This document shows, piece after piece, positions 1 through 12,414 of a stretch of 64,000 nt of DNA (within the stretch, counting starts at the first letter, position 1; each line of letters begins with the position of its first letter). Origin of the DNA: Stegostoma tigrinum (taxonomy: Eukaryota); contig NC_081365.1 in assembly GCF_030684315.1 (NCBI RefSeq), positions 23,314,062-23,378,061 on the forward strand, read 5' to 3'. Under the pieces are notes generated by a model. It did no database searches, was not told where the DNA came from, and worked only from the letters and a program-made list of their open reading frames with translations. The translations under genes were made by a program, and so were the position numbers.

Positions 1-120
1 CCAAAGAACAAAATCATACTGACCCGTGTACCTTAAAAGTATTCCCCCTTTTCTGGTCACAGTTGACTACAGCAATTTAAATATAAATTAGTTGTGCACT
101 CATTTTCTGTCTCTTGGTTA

Positions 121-501
<381 letters not shown>

Positions 502-1331
502 TCAAGTTGCTTGCTCTTTGAGAGCAGCAAATCAATTAATCAGTCCTTCACACACAATGGCAAAGCAACCAAGGTAAATATCACACATTCTTCACCCAAC
601 ATAGTATTATTTACAAAAAAATTAAACAAACTAACACATAGCAACCTACCCGAAAGGAAGGCTAGCTCAAGCTCACATTGAACAACAAATAGATTTGATA
701 AAATATGTTTTAGATTCAATGTGGCAGCTCATAAAATAAAGAGGGATGCTCAGTCTAAATGGAAACAGCAAACAAATGAACTTCAGACAAGTTAATTAGA
801 AACAGACCTCAATAGCTTGAGCTCTCAAATCTGACCTTTTAAAGCAGCTCGAGATAAAACAAGGTACTACCAATATCATGTAAAAGAATGGAATGATACA
901 CTTAAAACTTTTTCTTAACTTTCACAATTTCGAACAAACTTAACCAGAAAGACTGCAAATTTACACATGTGGATTGTAAAGATATCCCAGTCCACGGAAC
1001 ATACAGTTTTGTGAATAAACTTTGAAAAGGGTGAACACAGAACACAGTTTAATTCACAAGTCAAGCAAGCAGAGAGACCTCATGATCTACTTGTGACTTC
1101 CATCTCTCAGTCATTAATAAACCTTAGCAACAGAATTAGCTTAGCCTGATGTACAATATATGGCATGAGATTTAAAAAAAACAAAATACATGGTCACAAG
1201 ATAATTATGGATAAGTAAGATCACTGGGTCCATCTTAATTAATTCAAGCAGAAAGACTCCTCACATCCAATGGTTTCTGAAAGATTCCAGTTTATCACCT
1301 CCATCCCAGCACATAGCAATCTAATCTTGTT

Positions 1332-1666
1332 GGGTGGCAAGGTGGCTCAGTGGTTAGCACTGCTGTCTCGCAGCGCCAGGGAAAGGTTCGATTCCACCCT
1401 CGACTGCTGTCTGTATGGAGTTTGCACGTTCTCCTTGTGTCTGCATAGGTTTCCTCCATGTGCTCCAGCTTCCTCCCACAATCCAAAGATGGGCAGGTTA
1501 GGTGGATTGGCCATACTAAATTGCCTGTAGTGGTCAGGGAGGTAGAGGGTATATATTAGGTGGGTCATAGGGGGAATGGGTCTGAGTAGGATGCTCTGAG
1601 GTTCAGTGTGGGCTTGTTGGGCCGAAGGGCCTGTTTCTACACTGTAGGGGTTCTATGGATTCTATG
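1332..1666 (+). mobile_element. HE1/V-SINE-type tRNA-derived SINE
   Basis: tRNA-like head with A box (GTGGCTCAGTGG) and B box (GGTTCGATTCC), central GGAGTTTGCACGTTCTCC...TTCCTCCCACA domain, CR1-like tail ending in TTCTATG repeats. Confidence 0.85.
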
Positions 1667-1813
1667 AAATTCACCCTCCCAGTCTGATCATTAGCAACTC
1701 CTTTGTCTATCCATCTGTCTTTCTTTCTCTTTGGGCTCTATCCTACCATTTACTCCCTTCCCCACCCACATCCCTATTTTCTGCATATAAACTGATGTTT
1801 TCCCAGCCACCAT

Positions 1814-1853
1814 GAGTTCTGAGGAAGGGTCACCAGACCCGAAACGTTAACTC
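1814..1853 (+). ncRNA. Minimal type-I hammerhead ribozyme motif in a PLE 3' terminal fragment (about 1670-1915)
   Basis: GAGTT-CTGAGGA-A-GGGTC(acca)GACCC-GAAA-CG-TT-AACTC: 5-bp stem I, intact core, 5-bp stem II, palindromic ACGT stem III, predicted GUU cleavage after 1848. Confidence 0.75.
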
Positions 1854-4232
1854 TGTTTTTTCCTTCACAGATGTTGCCAGAGCTGCTGAGCTTTTCCACC
1901 AACTTCTGTTTTTGTTTGGTGTGCACTCTTTAGGCCGAAGGACCTGTGGGGATTCTACAATTATATGATTCTGCCATTAGTCAGCTAATCCTCTATCCGC
2001 GCCGTGAAGTAGCTTGGGATGTTATTAGACAAGATCTGACACCAAGCTGTGTAAAGAGCTATCAAAAATCTTGGTCAAAAACAGCCAACTTTTAAAAGGG
2101 TCAAAAGAAGTTGTAGAGATTCAGAGAAGAAATTCCAGCACTTAGAATGTATACAGCCACCAGTATAAGGGGGAAAACAAAAAAAAGCAGAAGAGATCAA
2201 ATTTCAACGGACACAGAATTCTTGGAGGGTTGTACAGCTGGAGTTCACAGAGATAGGTATGACCACAGAGCAAGTACAGTGCTCATGGATTCTGTGGAGT
2301 TTAATCTCTTGGTTTTTGAGAGTACATTTAAAATATGTTTCTGTATAATGTTCAGACACACACTTGCTTGATATTTCCTAACTAAAAACAATACAACAGA
2401 TGTCTTCTAGAGCAGGGTTAGTATCCGTATTACTATTCCAGATGCTCTAGATTTGAGTCCCACTAGACAAGTGCATGACCACAAAATGTGGATTAGTAAC
2501 GTAGCCAATAAGATTGTTTGCCAAAATGCAAATCCTTCCAACATGTCAATGATAGACAATAAGAGAAGGAGAGACTCATGGGCAGCCACACTTGATGCAC
2601 AGTACAGACCCTCAAACTATAGCCATTGGCTTCAGGGTAGTGACCTCTTCCAGGAAAAAACAGCTATGGAGACAGATTCAAGAATACACTTCAACTGCCT
2701 CATACAGAAAATCTAAGAAGATGAGAAGAAGTCGTAATTACAACAGATGTTGGTGATCTGCAATTAAACCAGAATGTGTTGAAGAAACTCAGCAGGTCTG
2801 GCAGCATCTGTGGTGACAGAAACATGTTGCAAGGCCACTATAACTTCTGCAGAATTGTATTCAAAACTATTTCAGTTACCAAATATACTTGTTCAGTACA
2901 GTTTTTGCAGGATTCATTTTTGTATTAATTTATAGGATATGAGTGTTGTAGGCTTTGCCAGCATTTATTGCACATCCCTCGTTGGCCTGAAAAGGTGGTG
3001 ATGAGCTACCTTCTTGAACTTCTACAGTCCTTGGGCTGTCGGAAGACATCCCATGCATAAAAGACACACTAATTTCTTAACAAAAAAAAAAGAACTGCTG
3101 ATGCTGGAAATCAGATACAAAAACTGAAATTGCTGGAAAACCTCAGCAGATCTGGTGGCATCTGTGAAGAGAAATCGCAGTTACTGTTTCAGGTCCAGTG
3201 ACCCTTCCTTAGAACACTAATGCCTTTAGAGCATTATTGTCTATATTTCCAGTTCAAGATGGTGAGTGACTTGGAGGGGAACTTGAAGGTGGTGGTGTTC
3301 CCACGTATCTACTGCCTCCTAGATGGAAGTAGTCCTGTGTTTGGAAGGCACTGTCTAAGGATCTTTGGTGAATTTCTGCAGTGTATCTTGTGGATAAGTA
3401 CATACTGCAGTGAGTGAGCATCAGCAGTGGAGGATTGGATGTTTGCGGGTCTGGTGTCAATCAAGCACCTGCTTGACCTGTACGGTATCAAGTTTCTTGA
3501 GAGTTTTGGAGCTGCATCCATCCCGGCAAGTGGAGAGTATCCCATCATCCTCCTGACTTATGCCTTGCAGATGGTGGCTAGTGCTTGAGTAAAGTACATT
3601 TGGGAGAGTTTGTCGGGTAGGCAAGTTAAAAGAGAAAGGTCTAAAATAATTTCTTACTCCTTGTTACTCATGTCACTAACCAGTAAAACATTAATACTGT
3701 GTACCTTATTAATCCCGAACATCTTTTGAAACAGACAGACGTCAAATTAGACAGGAAATCCTTTACCTTCACCACCCCAGTGAAAAGTAATTCTCATAAC
3801 TACAACTTGGTAACTCTGTTAACATCCCAGTAAATCAGTGCTGGCACTTTACATAGCTTTATGATTTTTCATTTTATCGGGTTCTCTTGAAAAGACCATT
3901 AGTAAATATGACCCATACATGAGCAATTCTAATACTGCAATAAAGGACAAGGGCTGAAAGCACCATAAGCACAGCATCAAACTGCAAAACAGCAAACTTC
4001 CAGAATTAGTTTTGAGTTAAGCCATCCCCCACCTTCTATGCAATCTTCTTTGTACGAGCTATATTACATCTCACTGTTGGCGCGAACCGGAGTGAAATAC
4101 ATTAAAGTCAAATCTGATAGCTATAGATGTTCACAATCTCACTTACTAAAGATTTGTGAAACGTAGCAACAAACACGTGCTTGCAACAGGAAGCAAAGTC
4201 AATTTTAAGAAGCACAAGTTGCATATACTCAC

Positions 4233-4515
4233 ATGGATGGCGCTAGAAAACGTTGCCTGTAAAGGCTTCACAATGACCGGGCTGCAAACTCAACACAGCG
4301 AATCATCAGGGTTGAAATTGAAAAGTGGGAGGTTTCACTCCATGTGGCACCGGACCATTTTTTTTTGTTGCTTTGTTAACGTCATAACCTAAGTAATGAA
4401 GTAGAGTAAAAGCAATATTTGCAAAGTTAAAGTATTTTTAATTTTGAGAAAAAAACGTGCTTTTTTTAAAGGATTTGGCCATGAGCAGAAGGGATTATGG
4501 GGTTTGTAGTTTCTA
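4233..4515 (-). promoter_or_regulatory. GART: Candidate GART promoter and non-coding first exon
   Basis: Minus-strand donor CAT|GTGAGT at 4232-4227, local CpG enrichment, E-box CACGTG near 4174 and a ZNF143/SBS-like motif (minus strand ACTACAAACCCCATAATCC, about 4492-4510). The TSS cannot be placed from sequence alone. Confidence 0.5.
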
Positions 4516-4594
4516 ATTTGCTTTCTCTCTGGCCAGACTGCAAAGCGGATAATCAGTTAACAACGAGAATGTTTCTTTATAATAAGAATAAAAT

Positions 4595-4947
4595 TCTGCG
4601 GACGCTGGAAGTCTGGAGACGAGCACAGTAAATGCTGGAGAAACTCAGCAGATATGACAGGTCAGAAGAAGTGATACGACACATGAAACATTAACTGTTC
4701 CTCTTTTCACGGATGTTGCTCTACCTGCTGAGTTTCTCTCCCACATTTACTGTGCTCGTCTCCAGATTTCTAGCGTCTGCAGTATTACATTACTGCATTA
4801 CAAAGCAACATAGAGAATGCTGGAGAAACTCAGCAGGTAGAGCAACATCTATGGACAGAAATGTTTCAAGTGCGGTATCACTTCTTCTGACCTGTCATAT
4901 CTGCTGAGTTTCTCCAGCATTCTCTATGTTGCTTTGTAATGCAGTAA
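4595..4947. repeat. Two adjacent PLE-terminus-derived hairpins that are also inverted copies of each other
   Basis: Perfect 47-bp arms at 4790-4836 / 4901-4947. A second arm pair tctggagacgagcacagtaaatg / catttactgtgctcgtctccaga. Segment 4632-4677 is the reverse complement of about 4876-4921. Confidence 0.85.
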
Positions 4948-5864
4948 CGTCATCAATTTAGACTGATGGAATTTTAGCTTTGAGCCAGGGGCGAAATGTT
5001 CAACTGCAGATTTATTTTGGTGGATCAGCAGCTGAGATACATATAAATGAAGACAATAAATGTGCAGCTGTAAACAGGTGGTGAACAAGTACAATATTCT
5101 GAATTGCCTCCTGTGTTGAATGATTGTTTTGTTTCTAATGATTAGCACCTCGGTTCGGTACAAGTTGTTTCAGACAATGTTTCACCTCTGGTTTTGTGTT
5201 TCAGCAAGTTAGTTGGAAGTTGCACCAGGCCCAATTGTTCAGTGAGGCTTTGGCTTTTTAATAAGAAAGTAGTTTAGAAAGTACTACAGAAATTGTGGGC
5301 TGCTTTGAGTTTAGATCCTGTGCAAGATTATCTTAATATAGTTTGATCTGACTATTGTAGTGACAATATGTTTTTGTATTTGTCCTTTGAGCACCGTCTC
5401 TAATTTCCTCCACTTTTGCTGCCTTCCTCGGCTTGATTCATTTTTAGATAAGCGTGCAAGTTCACCGATGCGTCTTTTCAACTCCTCCCATGCACCCAAC
5501 AACAACATTGCTGTCATGTTAGGAACAGCAACTCTAGGTATCCTAATCCATTCTTGTAGGAACATGGGAACAGAAATAGGCTGTTTGCCCATTCAAGCTT
5601 GCTTCACCAATCAGTAAGATTGTGGCTGATCTGCAAGTGGTCCATGTTTCAGCTCTACTCGGGTCCCTCCCCACAACTATTTCTCTAGTACATTAATGAT
5701 ATCATTAGTGCTGCTTCCCTATCTCATTCAGAATTTTAAAAAGTTATCAATTTCACTTGAAATTTCCACCCTGTGCTCACCTTCACCTGATCCATCTCCT
5801 CCCTTCCCTTTGTCAACATGTGGGGATAGCTGGCCACCATCATCCACTACAAACTCTATGAGGG

Positions 5865-6085
5865 AGAAAATTACTGCAGATGCTGTAAAAAACTAATGCC
5901 GGAGATCAAAGTGGGTCAGACAGCTTCCATGGAGAAACAGCAAGCATACATTTCCAGTCTGGATGACTCTTCATCAGACTTTTCGAGTCTCTAATGAAGC
6001 GTCATCTAGACTCAGTGTTACTTTGCCCTCTCTCCATGGATGTTGTCTGACCCACTGTGATCTCCAGCACTGGTTGTTTCCACTA
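5865..6085. mobile_element. Fold-back pair of PLE 3' termini with a hammerhead-like motif
   Basis: Inverted arms around about 5985. The minus strand at 5977-5946 reads CTGATGA-A-GAGTC(atcca)GACTG-GAAA-TGTA. Confidence 0.6.
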
Positions 6086-6099
6086 AAAACCCACCAGTT

Positions 6100-6430
6100 T
6101 TTGATTTAATTAATTGCCAAATGTATTTTGTTACAAAATACACGGAAATGTTGTATAGTGTTGTCACTCTCCAGTACCATTTTAAAACACAGAAAAATAA
6201 ACCAAAAAACAGAATGTAAAGGCAGAAAAAGAAAGAAAAAGTGTTCAGTTTCAAAGTCCTCATTAAGTGCTCCACTAGGACAAGGTGGCCAGTCAAAAGT
6301 CCCTTCACTACACCTCTGCCACTGGAATGATGTTGCCATTTTTTGGTGCCATCCTGCCTCCACTGGTGCCCTCACCACTATGAGTCCTTGCTGGATCTTG
6401 CCAATACAAATGCTATGGTACCGCATCGGC
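6100..6430 (-). mobile_element. Unclassified non-coding retroelement 3' fragment (same family as 7080-8040)
   Basis: Its reverse complement matches the 7870-8040 tail (ttttctgtgttttaa-atggt...ttttgtaaca-aat...ggcaataaat). Confidence 0.6.
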
Positions 6431-6439
6431 CCAAATTCG

Positions 6440-8570
6440 ACTTAGCTTCTTGACAATTACCTGGAATGTACATCCTCACACCCTGCTTTCTGGACTCCAT
6501 TACACTGTCCCAGTTTTTCTATCTCTATTGCATCTGTTCTGATGATGCTACAAACTGCAATATGGAATGTCACCTTTATCCTCAATGGAGGATTCTCCGC
6601 CACCATGGTTGACAGGGCCCTGAGCCATACTCTCCAATACTTGTGGTGTGTCCTCCCACACACAACAACTACAGCATTCCCTTGGGTCCTTATTTTCACC
6701 CCACCAGCATCATGAGCTGCCATTTTCACCACCTCCAGCAGGATGCCACTGACGGACACATTTTCCCCTTCCCTCACTGGTCAGCCCTCCGCAGGGACTG
6801 TTCCCTCTGTGACACCTTGGTCACCTTCTCCTCCTCCACTTTGAACATCTCCATACCCCCATGGCACCTTCTCTTGTAACTGCAGAAGGTGCAACACCTA
6901 CCTGTTAGCCTCCACCTTCCTCACTATCCAAGGGCCCATTTACCTTCCAGGGTGAAGCAGCAATTTACCTGCACTTCACTCAACCTAGTCTGTACTTGCT
7001 TCTCAAATATGGTCTAATCTACATTGAGGAGGTGAATGGCAGGCTGGGTGACTGCTTCATGGAACACATACATTCTGGTAATATGGCGGTGGAGTACGGC
7101 TTCGGAGCAGGGGCCTCATCCACTTCGCTTTTCTTTTCCATTCTTTTTTCTTCATTCTTGTTTCATCTTTTAAAATATTTTTTCTCTTTTATTTTCCTTG
7201 CCTTTCGCTGAAGAGCACAGTCGTGGCACAAGAATTGGCACCAGCAACTAGGCCCAGCACAGTGGAGAGATTTTGGTTCTGCATTGGCAGCATCTGCATC
7301 AATGAGGTGGGGCCCAGTGCCAACTAGCACCCCAATAGGGTGGCATGGTGGCTCAGCGTTTAGCACTGCAGCCTCACAGCGCCAGGGACCCAGGTTCAAT
7401 TCCAGCCTCGGGTTACTGTCTGTGTGGAGTTTGCACATTCTCCCCGTGTCTGCATGGGTTTCCTCCCACAGTCCAAAGATGTGCAGGCTAGGTGAATTGG
7501 CCATGCTAAATTGCCTGTAGTGTTCAGGGGTGTGTGGGTTATAGGGGGATGGGTCTGGGTCGGATGCTTCAAAGGGCGGTGTGGACTTGTTGGGCCAAAG
7601 GGCCTGTTTTCACAGTCGGGAATCTAATCTAATCTAATCTTAATTCCAACTCATGGCTCTTGCGGCAGAGGCAAGTTTGGGCCCAATGTGATTGCGTTGG
7701 TGAGGTGGACTTATAGCGAACTCATGGCAGCGGTAGAGTCGAGTTTGGGCTGATGCGGTACCCGGCAGCTTCGGTGGTGAGGACTCAGTGGTGAGGGTAT
7801 CGGTGGAGTGAGATGGTAGAGTGAGATGGTGCTGTAGAGTGAGAATGTTCTGTCCATGATGGTGCACTTAACAAGGACTGTAAAGTTGAACATTTTTTCT
7901 TTTTATTTGCCTTTATATTCTATGTTTTGCTTTATTTTTCTGTGTTTTAAGATGGTGGCAGAGTGGCAACACAATACAACACTTTTCACTATATTTTGTA
8001 ACAGAATGCTCATGGCAATAAATAAGTCAAATCAAACCAAAAACGACCCTGAGATTTGGCTGCCTGCCACTTCAATACATCATGTTCCCTGGCCAGTATT
8101 TCTGTCTCGGGCTTGCTGCGGTGCTGTAGCAAAGCTCAGCACAAGCTGGAGGAACACATCTCATCTTCTGCTTGGGGATCCTGCAGCCTTCAGGACTCAA
8201 TATTGAGTTGAACAATTTTAGGGCCTAAACATTTGCATCCATGTCCTTTAGCCACTCCTATGCCCCAGGCTCCCCTGTCATGACATGGGCCACTTTCAGC
8301 AAATTTTCACCCACTCTTGGTCCATTTATCTCCTTTTCTCATTCCCTGGTCTATCAGCTAATCCTCTGACTGCCTAACTGTCTCTCTCTCTGTTCCATCT
8401 CCACAATTCTGCTCACTCCTACCCCCACCCCCTGTCATCACCATAAGTACCACCTTTTTCTAGCTACTATCAGTTAAGAGAAAAGGGTCTCTGGCCTTTA
8501 AACTTTAACTTTCCTTTCCGTCCACAGACGCTGCCAGACTGCTGAGTTTCTCCAGCGGTTTCTGCTTTTG
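6440..8570 (+). mobile_element. Decayed Penelope-like element interrupted by nested insertions (7080-8040)
   Basis: Degenerate RT-thumb/GIY-YIG similarity (LIYIEEVNGRLGDCFMEH near 7015-7070) resumes after 8045 and ends in the PLE 3' terminus with a degenerate hammerhead near 8470-8510. Confidence 0.7.
7338..7640 (+). mobile_element. HE1/V-SINE-type SINE
   Basis: Same head and core as 1332-1666; (AATCT)n tail. Confidence 0.85.
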
Positions 8571-9164
8571 CCATAACCCTTGTCAATCAAGAATCTATCT
8601 AAGGCTGCCTTGAATGAATTCAGTGACAAGCCTCCACTGTTAGGTGCGAAAGAGAATTATCTATACAAAGGACCATCACCAACCCCCCCGAAAAAAGACT
8701 CATCTCCCCCTTAAATGGGAGACTTTTCCCTTAAACTGGGTCTGTTAATTATAGCCTCTATGCTTAAGCTTGCTCCTTTCTTTAGTTTCCTCTCCATCTA
8801 GTCCATGAGACCCAGTAAACAGCTGAACCCACAATTTCTCTGTCTGGTCCCCAGCTCAGCTAACATTTTTGACAATCCTCTCTCCTGAGATAAAGCGTCT
8901 TTCTCCTGATCCATCATCTGCAGTATTTTGCATCCATTTGTTTTTAAAACGGATTTTTCTCGTCCTTCACAAAACCAGAATCTCGCAATCAAGCATTTTG
9001 CCAGTGGGGAGTTTTCCTTCTTAAACGTTGTCGTTTAAACTTCTATCATTCCGTTCTGGAACAGTTTAGATTCGAAAGCCCACAGTTTTACTGCATCAAT
9101 CACTTCGCTGTCTCTCCCAGTTGAGAAGAGCACTACCTGGAGTTTTTAAACAAGTGTTTTTATA

Positions 9165-9215
9165 AAGCAAAACTACAGCTCCCAGGATTCACTTTCCACA
9201 ATAGACATGGCTCCT
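9165..9215 (+). promoter_or_regulatory. Candidate DNAJC28 promoter, ZNF143/THAP11-type site
   Basis: ACTACAGCTCCCAGGATTC at about 9172-9190 matches the ACTACAnnTCCCA SBS motif, about 350 bp upstream of the ATG. Confidence 0.55.
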
Positions 9216-9535
9216 TGCTGAGGGGCAGAGACAAAAGGTGATTCCACAGCTTGCTTTTCCAACTGGATGAATTTCCGGACATCTGTTCTTAATGTCTACT
9301 GAATGTTTTTGGAGGAGGTCAACAGTTTTGTTCAATGTGACAGACAAGAAAATTGCATTCACTGCTGGTGCGACATGTACGCAGTCCTGTCCCTTAAATC
9401 CCAGGAAGGAACGCGGTGTTTCTTTTCCTCTCTGTTAAGACCAAAAGTTTTTTTTTTGATTCATTAAATGCAAGGTGAAGTGGTCCCCTGCCGTGTTCCC
9501 GTACGGTATTAGTCATCAATCAGTGCGACGACAAT

Positions 9536-10615
9536 ATGCTAACAGCGAAGAGAAGTTGTGCTGTCACCTGTCGTGGAAGTGTTAGAATGCTTTCGGGTTA
9601 CAAGACCATTAGAGAGAGCCTCCGAGACTGCTACCGCCTGCTGAATGTACAGGAGAACTGTAGCCACCATGAAGTGAAGGAAGCTTACCTCAAACTGGTA
9701 AAGTTGCACCATCCAGACAGTGGTTCTGGGGCAGATCCTCGAAAATTCATCCAGGTGAAAGAAGCTTACAAGGCCGTGGTCAGACATATAGCTGAGAAAA
9801 GAAAGACACAGTCTGATGAAAGATCAGATGACGAGGAAGAGCAATCCAAATACATAGCACCTCAGCATAGACAGTACCTTAGCTTCGAAGGCATTGGCAT
9901 CGGGACACCAAGTCAACGAGAGAAACAGTACAGAAAATTCCGGATGAACCGTGCAACAGAGCAGGTGCTGGACTACAGAAAGCAGAAGCTGCAAGACCAG
10001 GATCTTGAGAACACTATGATGGTGAAAGATGTCCGGCAGAGCCAGAAGATAAAGATAACCCAAGCGGTGGAACGGTTGGTGGAAGATCTCATCCAAGAAT
10101 CAATGGCCAAAGGTGAATTTGACAATCTAAGTGGTAAAGGCAAGCCACTGCAAAAATTTTCACAGTATCCGTACATTGATCCCATGACTCATAACCTGAA
10201 CAGGATACTCATAGAAAATGGATATCAACCAGAATGGATTGTTCAGCAGAAAGAAATAAATCAAACCATAAGCAAGCTCAGAAGTGATATGGTGGGGTAT
10301 CGAAGAAAGCTTGGTGAGTCTCTCACCCTCTACAACCAGAAACAGTGGAATCTGAAATGTGAGCAATTCAGAGACGATATTAAGCAACTTAATAAAATGG
10401 TAGATCGTTTCAATTTAATTGTCCCGCTACTAAACAGGCAGATGCTGCACTTTAATCCAGAGAAGGAGCTTGCTATCATACTGAAGGAATACAGCGTGGT
10501 ATTGGAAGCGAGCAAGGCCACTTCAGAGGTTATGGAAAAATCAGCTGAGAGAAATGGTACACGAGGACATGGGAAAAACAGCCTGTTTTCTTGGATCAAA
10601 CTTTTTCTGAAATAA
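9536..10615 (+). CDS. DNAJC28: DnaJ homolog subfamily C member 28, single coding exon, 359 aa
   Basis: N-terminal J domain with HPD (KLHHPDSG), conserved PQHRQYLSFEGIG and DUF1992-type VEDLIQESMAKGEFDNLSGKGKPL...DPMTHNLNRILIENGYQPEWI. Flanked by GART and TMEM50B as in other vertebrates. AATAAA overlaps the stop codon, with more downstream (about 10933, 11593). Confidence 0.95.
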   Translation: MLTAKRSCAVTCRGSVRMLSGYKTIRESLRDCYRLLNVQENCSHHEVKEAYLKLVKLHHPDSGSGADPRKFIQVKEAYKAVVRHIAEKRKTQSDERSDDEEEQSKYIAPQHRQYLSFEGIGIGTPSQREKQYRKFRMNRATEQVLDYRKQKLQDQDLENTMMVKDVRQSQKIKITQAVERLVEDLIQESMAKGEFDNLSGKGKPLQKFSQYPYIDPMTHNLNRILIENGYQPEWIVQQKEINQTISKLRSDMVGYRRKLGESLTLYNQKQWNLKCEQFRDDIKQLNKMVDRFNLIVPLLNRQMLHFNPEKELAIILKEYSVVLEASKATSEVMEKSAERNGTRGHGKNSLFSWIKLFLK

Positions 10616-12414
10616 AGACTGAAGAAGTGAGCAGTTAGTACCTTTAGTGATCAGAATGTCAAAAGATTTATATTTAGAGGTTAATTTGCCTCTTTAATTA
10701 TAACTACAATGTGTATGAGAAAACATATCAGTTACAATGGGAAGAGATCATTTAGCCTCCGAAGCTTGCTGCTTCATTCCGTACTTAGTTCTGGCATTAG
10801 ATCATGACTCACTTGTAGTTCAGTCCCATTACTTATGTTAGCTCTCTAACATTTGATACCTTTACCTAATAAAAGACTGATAACAATCTGATTTTTGAAA
10901 ACTCTAGTTGCACCCTGAGATGTTTATATGGGAATAAAGTTCATGTTTTAACAATCATTTGTGTGTGATGAAGTGCTTCAGAAAATTCCCTCCTAAAATC
11001 TGCCTCAAAGCATGTGGATATTTTCATCAGCCTTTTCAGGGATGTTATTATACACTTTTGGAACAGGTAGGAGTTGAACTCTCAGGCTTCTTGGTTCAAA
11101 GATAGAGACATTGTACCATGCAAACTCATTCTTGATACACTCATTTGTATAAATAGTTTCTCGGTGACTATTATTTTGGTCAAGTAGGTTCTTGTCTGTT
11201 CATGACAGTGACTTTCACAGTACTGTTTAACTTGCTTGTAACGCTTCTGTGCCCTTAAATGCTGTTACTGAACAAAACCAGTTATAATGGGTTGTTAGTA
11301 ATTATTGTTGAACTTTTTTATTGGCTGATGGGTTGGTGTGAAATGTCAATGTGCCACTAAGTGGAACCTATTTCAGTCTGATTTTTTAAGTAGTTTTAAA
11401 AAGCCTTCTATGGGTGACATAAAATGCAATGTGGATTCACAAAATGGAACTGTAGGAATGTCTCTTTTAAAAAAGCACATATCATTACACAAATAGCTTG
11501 TTATATAAAATTTCAGGTCCAAATTTCATTCCTGGAAATACATTTGTTCAGTACGTAATCCCCTGTTGTGAAGTTATGCAAATTGTAACTGAATAAAATT
11601 GAATGCATCAGTTATGGGCGTACAAGTTTTTAGAAAAAGATTAATGTTGCCTTCCCAATAGGGCTATGCTATGGTTGTCCTCCAGCTAATTGCAAGGCAA
11701 GGATAGAACTACTAACAGAGGCCAACAAAAGAACCATGGTGAAATTCGTATTTTTTTGCAACAGTTCTTTAATTTCCCATCCTGTGATTTGTTATGCTTC
11801 CTATGTCATTTCTGTAATGCCATTCACATTCCTCTGGTATCATCCCCAACCCTTCCTTCTTCCCATGCTATCCCATCTGCTGTTCCATAACATTCCTCCT
11901 GCATATTCCCACTCCATATCATTCCCAAGTTCCCTTCCTGCTCCTGATCCACTCTAGCTTATGTTTTACATTTAAAGGCAGCCTCATGTTTGCCATCTAA
12001 GATCAACTTCATTGCTGTCTTAGGTTATCTGCTAAAACCCGCATTCATGCCTCCATTACCTCTAGCCATGACATTTCTATTGCACCCCTGGCTGGTCTCC
12101 TACATTCTATTTTCTGTAAACTTGAAGTCCAGAAGTCTGCTACCTGTCCCAAACTGGAATACACCCAGTTCTCACCCCTGTTCTTGCTGATCTATACTGA
12201 TTAAGACATGCTTCTTTCTAAAAAGAAAACATCCTCTTTGTTTTCAAATCCTTTCATGCCGTCACACCTCTCAGTAATCTTTTCCAGTCCCACCAGCCTC
12301 CGTAATATCTGTAATTCTGGCCTCTTGTTAATTCCCAATCATAATTGTTCTACACTTTGTTGCTACACCTTAAATTGCCATGGCCCAAGTTCTGGATTCC
12401 TTCCTTGAGCATCA

